This document shows, piece by piece, positions 57,223 to 64,000 of a stretch of 64,000 nt of DNA. How positions within the stretch are numbered: position 1 is the first letter of the stretch; each line of letters starts with the position of its first letter. The notes under the pieces are model-generated. The model ran no database searches. It was not told the DNA's origin and worked only from the letters and a program-made list of their open reading frames with translations. The position numbers and the translations under genes were made by a program. The DNA is from the human T2T-CHM13v2.0 reference genome, Homo sapiens, in the NCBI RefSeq assembly GCF_009914755.1, contig NC_060938.1; one strand, written 5' to 3'.

Positions 57223-60200
57223 TTCAACTCTGCCCTATCCCGCCCTCAACTCTGCCTTCCCTATGGTCCAGAGAGATCGCTCCTGCCGTGGGCCTTGACT
57301 GTCCTACTGGCCAAAGTGCCCTGGAGCCCCTCCTTTGGCTCTAAGCCCATGCCCCAGACATCCTGGGATGAGGGGTGGGGCTCTAAGCAGAAGGCCAGCC
57401 CAGGAGGATTCCCTTGGGATGGGGGCCTGGGACAGAGCCTGGGAGCGAGGCTGGGAGTGGACATGGGGCAGGGCCAGTGGGGGTGAGACCAGCAACACCA
57501 CTAGCATCTGGCCCATCTACCAGGCACAGCCTGACCTATGTTTTAGGTCTTGCACTAGAGTCTCTGTCATCCGTCTGCAACTGCTGACCCCAGGTAGAGG
57601 CAGGCAGAAAGAACAGGAGTAGCTTTGCACACAGGTGCAGGTGCCTGTGTGTTTGAGAATCCCGAACTCTTGCATTGGGGTAGATCTTAAACATTATCCA
57701 GGCCCTAGCAGGAATCTTCTTACCTGCACTCTCAGAGGTATCTTTGCAGCCTCTACTGACTTACCTCTGAGGACAGGGAGCTCACTCCCTCTGGGGGAAA
57801 CCCAATCCCTGTTCATTAGACTGAACTGAAACCCTGTTTCTGTGGGCCCCAGTTCCATTCTCTGGGCTTCACAGGGCAGGGCTGCTTCCTCCTCTCCGCT
57901 GAGAACATCCAGTCCTCATCCCATCCCATCCCACATCTCCTCCTACCTCTAAATAGGCTCCCATTTGACCTTATCACCAAGTGGTTCTGAGTAGCCAAGC
58001 TCTGAGCAGGCTATCACTTCCCTTTTTCTGAGTGTTAGATCTCTATTAATGCAGCCAGGACCACAGTGGCGTTTGGGTGACTGCATCACCCCCAACTCTT
58101 CTCGGACTTGCTCACAGGTGTTGCTCCAAGACCTGCCTCCTGCGCTGTGCTGTACAGGCAAGCGTTAAGACTGAAGTCTCTCCCTTTGTGTCTGCATCGT
58201 GGTGCACTGGCCATCACCTCAGCCTATCACGTCCTTTGGAGGCCTAAGTCAGTCATGCGATTTCTTCTCTTGCCAGCCTCAGGCTATTTCAAACCCACAT
58301 TATGGATAAATTGGTGTGTGTGTGAGAGAGAGAGAGAGAGAGAAACAGAGAGATAGACTATTTGCATGTATGGATGGGGGAGTGAGGAGGGGATAGAGGG
58401 AGGGTCCTATCTGAGGCCTCATGGAGCTGAGACTCAGACCCATCTGGGCGAGTCTGGCCAAGTGGTGAGTGGGTGGGCTGGGTGGGTGGATTCATGTGAG
58501 AGACAGAGGCGCCTCCCAGGGACAGGAGAGACACACAGGAAGGCGAGAAGCCCAGCATACTGGGGAAGGCAGCTGCCATTCAAACTACTCCTCAATCAGC
58601 CCCAACTGAGACATGGCTGAAGCTAGGCTGGGGGAAAGGTGGATCCTGACAAAGCCACCCCAGGGAACCCCTGCAAGACCCTGCAGCCCAGAAGGTCACC
58701 CCCAGGGGAGGGTGCGCCAACCCCTGCACACCTTTGCCTTTCTGCCTTGTGGTTTCAGCTGCAGCCTCGGGGAAGCCAGGTTGACAGGCACTGTGGGGAC
58801 ACCCAGGAGAGAGTCTGTGATGCCTGGCAGACCCCCACAGAGGAACTGAGCAGAGCTGTTTGTGACACATGCCTCCCTGGGGACCCCAGAGCCATGTCAC
58901 AGCCCATGGAGTGTGGGCCCCTGTGGCTTGAGACCTGCAGAGTTGGGAGGGATGAGCCAGGTCTGGGCCCAGCTAGGGGCCGTGAAGCTGGGATGAGGGT
59001 GCAAATCACAATTGGATTTGCACTGCGGAGGGGTCCTGGGCAGAGGAGCCACAGGCTTAGATGAGACTGGGAAATGTTCGAAATTGGGTTTAACTATCCC
59101 GCTTACTAAATCTGGGGCTATCAGGAGGAGGGACTCAGGACCCCGCCCTCCCTTACAGGGGCCACTGTCCTTGCTGGGGCTGGAGCAGGAGAGCAGGCAG
59201 CCTCCGCCTTCCCCATCTGTAACATGGCAGCCTGTTTTCCAGCTCTGATGTCCAGGTGCTAGGATTGTCGCCTGGAATTTGGGGTTTAAAACAGGCATTC
59301 TGATAGCTTTCAGTTGGCATTGCCCTCTCTCCCCCGTGTCCGGGACAGGATCAGAAGGCCCCTGGTGTGTGAGAAAAGCACTGAGTGTGAAGTCAGGGCC
59401 TGTCTCCATGCAGGGCTGTAGCCCAGGGACACGTGGAAGCCTGGCGGGGCAGGAGCAAAGCTGCCGTTCAGTCCTCACCAGACTCGGTGGTGAGGAAAGG
59501 GAGGCTGCAGAGCGTTTCTGCAGAGGCGCGAGCACTCACAGTTGGCACTGGAAAATCTCCCAGCCGAGGTCCCCCTGGAGACCTGAGCTCAGAGTGTGTA
59601 GACATGTCTCCCTCAGGGCTTCTGAGCAGCGAGAGAGGGCACGTATGTGTCTGTGCAAGTGTGTGCACTTCTATTGAGGCTGGGGCTGGAGATGCCTGGG
59701 GCCTGGGGTGGCATCTGTCAGCCCCCACACTGGGGGGTCCTTTCCATTATATTTTCCATTTAACTCTTCTCCACCCAGATGAGGAAGCCCCCGGTGACGG
59801 CTCTCATTTAGTTGTAGAGCTAGAAGTGTTCACAGGTGTGCTGGGGAAAATAAGTCTTACTCGAGCAAATAAATGAACCGGGCTTTGGCTGCGGGACTTC
59901 TCAGAGCATGCAGAGTTGTTTCTTGAATCTCTGAGAGGGACTTAGAATGTGGCATTTCCCATACTTCTCTAACTACAGCACCCTAAGCAGCCCCAGCTCC
60001 TGGGAAGAGCACTGAGAAACCATATTTTACAGGACAGAGCATGGGAAGTGTTAGAATGTTTGAAATCGGCATCTCCCAGAACAGCTGGGCCACACGGTTG
60101 TGGTGCAGATAAGGAAACGGGCTCAGCCAGGGCCTTCTCTAGGGTCACGCAGTAAGTTAGAAAGATGGTGGATTTGGCCCCAGGACCATCTAGCTGGGGG

Positions 60201-62148
60201 AACGTGGTCAGGCAGCGATGGCAAGTCAGGGGAGGAAGGCAGGCCGAGAGCCAGGCTGGCAGTCCGCAGCGGGAGTGCTGTTGTTTTTCATTAGTTTCTT
60301 TTTGTTGATGAATTGATTTTCAAACTTCCTCTGACAGGAAACTTCAAACACACGCAGACTGGAGGGCAGTGTAATGAGCCCCCCATCTCCTTCACCCACG
60401 CCGCCTGTCAGCAACGTGAGGTTGGTCTTGTGTCCCTACCCCCAGTCACTACCTCCCCTCCGAGGGGCAAGTTTGAAGCAAATCCCCATTGGCGGTCTTC
60501 AGTGGTGACCCAGAAAGGATCTAGTGGGTTTGGGGTGGGGGCAGGGGAGGGACACTCAACGAGCTGGAGGTAGAGTTGGGGTCTGCAGGGGTGGAGGTCC
60601 CAGGGAGGAAGTATCCCTGAGGCCCCGATAGGACAGCCCCAGGGAAATACTGGCTGCCGGACAGTTGGGGCGTCCAGGGAACATGGAGAGCCAGGGCCCT
60701 CCGCCTGCCGTCCTGAGTGGGACTTAGGGGCAAAGCAGTTGAAGAGTTTGGACAGGTGGGGTGCTTCCTGGGAAATAATCTCACAGTGTAGGGAGTGCCC
60801 TGTCCCTGCCCCTGCTGTGAAGAATCTAGTGGCTTTGGACTGAGAAGCCGGGGAATCAGATGCGGGGTGGGGGTGGCAGGGAAAAACTTCCAGGAAAGGA
60901 AAGTGACCCTCAGAGCATCCACAGGAAAGTGGGGCTGGGCCTTTTCCTCCCTGGGCCTCAGTTTCCCTGCTTGGGCCGTCAGGGGTTAGACTCTGGGGTC
61001 TCCTCCTCTGAAGGCATCATTAGTTCTGTGGTTAGCAAGAGTCAGGCTCCCCTTTCACCCTCCCCAATCTTCCCTGCAGTGGTGAGCCCATCTCATTCAT
61101 TCATTCATTCATTCATTTCCTACTTGCAAGAGGCTGCACGCAGGCCCACAGACACAAGGCAGTCCAGGCCCTGCAGCTCAGGAGGGACATGGGGAGACAG
61201 AGAGAGCTACCTGCTAGGGTTGATCAGCATCACCAGCCTCTGGAGGCAGGGGATTGCTGGGCTATGGCTTGGTACTTCTCTTTCAAATTAATCACACATA
61301 TATAAATGCGTTTCCATGCAAAGTTATCTCGTGCCTTCAATAAGGCTGAAACGTGGAGCAGGAGTCCTACTGTGCATCGGTCTCAGAGGGTCTCGGCCAG
61401 AGCACTGCCCTGGGAGTCAGGAGCCCTGGGTTCTAGCCTTCCACTGCCACCAACTCCACTTGTGGCTTCAGGAAGAGTCTCTGCCTCTGGAGCCACGGGG
61501 CACTGGGTTCAAATCCGGACCCCTCCACTCTGTGACCTGATTATGACTAGCTGTTGTCACCTCTCTGTGCTTCAGCTTCTTCATCTGCATGTGGTGGGGA
61601 ATGACTGGCCCAGGTGGTGGGTGTGAGTGGGAAGGGATGTCATGGAGGCTTCGGAATACTTGCCGCTGAGTCCGTGTATGACCCCTGGAGACTCAGAAAT
61701 ACCTGGAGAGACCTGGGGGTGGAGTTCTGTTGGCACATGGGTGGGGGTGGGGCAGCATCTGGGGAAAGGTGACCTCCTGGTCCACGGGGTCCCACTGGGA
61801 CTTGGTGCTGACATGAGGCCCGCATGACGTGGCACAGGCAAAGCTCCTAGCACGGTTGTGGGTCTTTAATAAATGCCCATTTCTGTCTTCTGTTTTTTTC
61901 CTTTTCCAAGTTTTAATTTTAAAATAGATGTTTTGAAGACAGACCAGCAGATTGTCAAGCAGGCAGGACTTCAGGGACAGTCTGAGCTGCTTTTTGGTGA
62001 CTTGCAAGATCTACAGACGGTGGCACTGCTTAGAGAGTGGAGTTCTAGACAGCAGTTAAATGGAGTGAATTGCCCTTTAGTGTAGACGAATCTCCAACAC
62101 CAGATGGAGGGGAAAGAAGGAAGTTACAAAAAGAAAAGTGCAGCAAGA

Positions 62149-62441
62149 GGCCAGGCGTGGTGGTGCATGCATGTAATGTCAGCACTTTGGGAGGCCGAGG
62201 GGGGAGAATTGCTTGAGCCCAGGAGTTTGAGAGCAGCCTGAACAACACAATAAGACCCATCTCTACAAAAAATAAAAAATTAGCCGGGCATGGAAGTGCA
62301 TGCCTGTAGTCCCAGCTACTTGGGAGGCTGAGGCAGGATTGCTTGAGCCTGTAGTGAGCTGTGATTGCACCACTGTACTCCAGCCTGGGTGACAGAGAAA
62401 GATCCTGCTGAAAAAAAAAAAGGAAAGAAAGAAGAAAGAAA

Positions 62442-62494
<53 letters not shown>

Positions 62495-62645
62495 AGGAAG
62501 GAAGGAAAAAAGAAAGAAAGAGAGAGAAAGAAAGAAAGAAAGAAGGAAGGAAAAAAGAAAGAAAGAAAGAAAAGAAAGAGAGAGAAAGGGAGGCAGAAAG
62601 AAAGAAAGAAAGAAAGAAAAAGAAAGAAAGAAAGAATGGAAGAAA

Positions 62646-62707
<62 letters not shown>

Positions 62708-62710
62708 AAA
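62149..62710 (+). mobile_element. AluJ with a ~300-bp (GAAA)n-rich tail
   Basis: Alu dimer, then purine-only tail 62411-62710. Confidence 0.9.
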
Positions 62711-62722
62711 AGTGTGGCAAGA

Positions 62723-63067
<345 letters not shown>

Positions 63068-63214
63068 TTAAGAACATGCCAGATGCTGATCTGTCTTCTC
63101 TGTGGAACCTGCACACAGTCGCCTTCAGGAGAATGTTCCCTGAGCAGAGGAAAAGGTTCTGAGGCTCACGTGAGGCCATGGTGTCAGGAGCTCACTGGGC
63201 CTGTAATAGCTCCT

Positions 63215-63380
63215 GTTTTTTGAGCACATACTACACGCCAGGCACTCTTCCAATGGCCTCATTGATCACTCCCATTTAACAGATGAGAAAACCAATGCCC
63301 AGAGAGGTCAAGGGCCCTGTCCAAGGCCACACAGTTGGTAAGTTACAGAGCCAGAACTCGAACCCACTGCTCTTCATGAC
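63215..63380. mobile_element. MIR
   Basis: CCCATTTAACAGATGAGAAAACC...CCAGAGAGGTCAAG...CCAAGGCCACACAG. Confidence 0.75.
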
Positions 63381-64000
63381 CAACCCACATCGCCTCTCAC
63401 ACTGAGGCACACAGTTCTTCGTGTTTTAAAAAGAATTTCAGACACCTAAAGGGAGCGTGGTCAAATGTTAGCACGGGTGAAGTCTGGTGGTGTGTTCCTG
63501 GGTGTTCCTTCTTCTGTTCTTGGTAATTTTTCCATAAGGATGTTTACGAAGGCTGGCTCTGGCCTGAGGTCTGCGCTGGCCCCTTGCCTGGCCATGATCT
63601 ATACCACACAGGTATCCCGGCTACCAGAGTGGCAGAGCAATGGCTCACTCACTCCCCAGCACTCACGAGATGGGTCCTGGCACATTCTCCCGCTGCAGCT
63701 AAGAGTGGCGGAGGAGGCCTGGGCCCTGCGGAGAACAGATTCACCAACACCTTGGCGGTTCTTCTCAAGACAGTGGGGACAGGCGGCCTGTCGGGGAAGA
63801 GGCTGCCCCGAGGCCTTCCCAGTCTTTCTGTAGAAGGGACGCAAAACCATGGAATTAGCAGAGCCTGGTCTGCTGGAGCCGATGCGTAGGTGCCCATACC
63901 GACCCAGTCTGGCCAGAGAGGCGCTGGGTGTCCACTGGCCTATGTGCCCTGATAGTGGCAGCCGATGATGCCTGCCGGGCTCCTGGAAACGTGGGCAATG

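Overview
Human (primate) GC-rich genomic DNA. The only well-supported protein-coding sequence is coding exon 1 of CCDC85C on the minus strand (29402->28610, 793 nt, phase-1 donor), inside a CpG island of about 2.7 kb. Positions 1-28609 are CCDC85C intron 1 and ~30000-64000 is upstream/intergenic DNA. From memory the locus is 14q32.2 with HHIPL1 as the next gene; no HHIPL1 coding exon was recognised here. The rest is repeat-rich: about 28 Alu pieces, MIR/L2/L1M/HAL1/CR1 relics, two MaLR LTRs, MER20, Tigger3, a (TG)n-containing minisatellite and two short tandem arrays. There are also two small-RNA retrocopies, a tailless 5S rRNA fragment and a full-length Y3 RNA copy. I found no new multi-gene system, and almost all ORFs in the track are GC or repeat artefacts. 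The most unusual unexplained structures are in intron 1: (i) a 57-bp, one-mismatch inverted copy 1.05 kb from its source, inside an 88-bp templated-insertion scar; (ii) a ~250-nt MIR-derived palindrome next to the minisatellite; (iii) a 1.7-kb retroposition hotspot for Pol III RNAs. Repeat subfamily calls are by eye and approximate.
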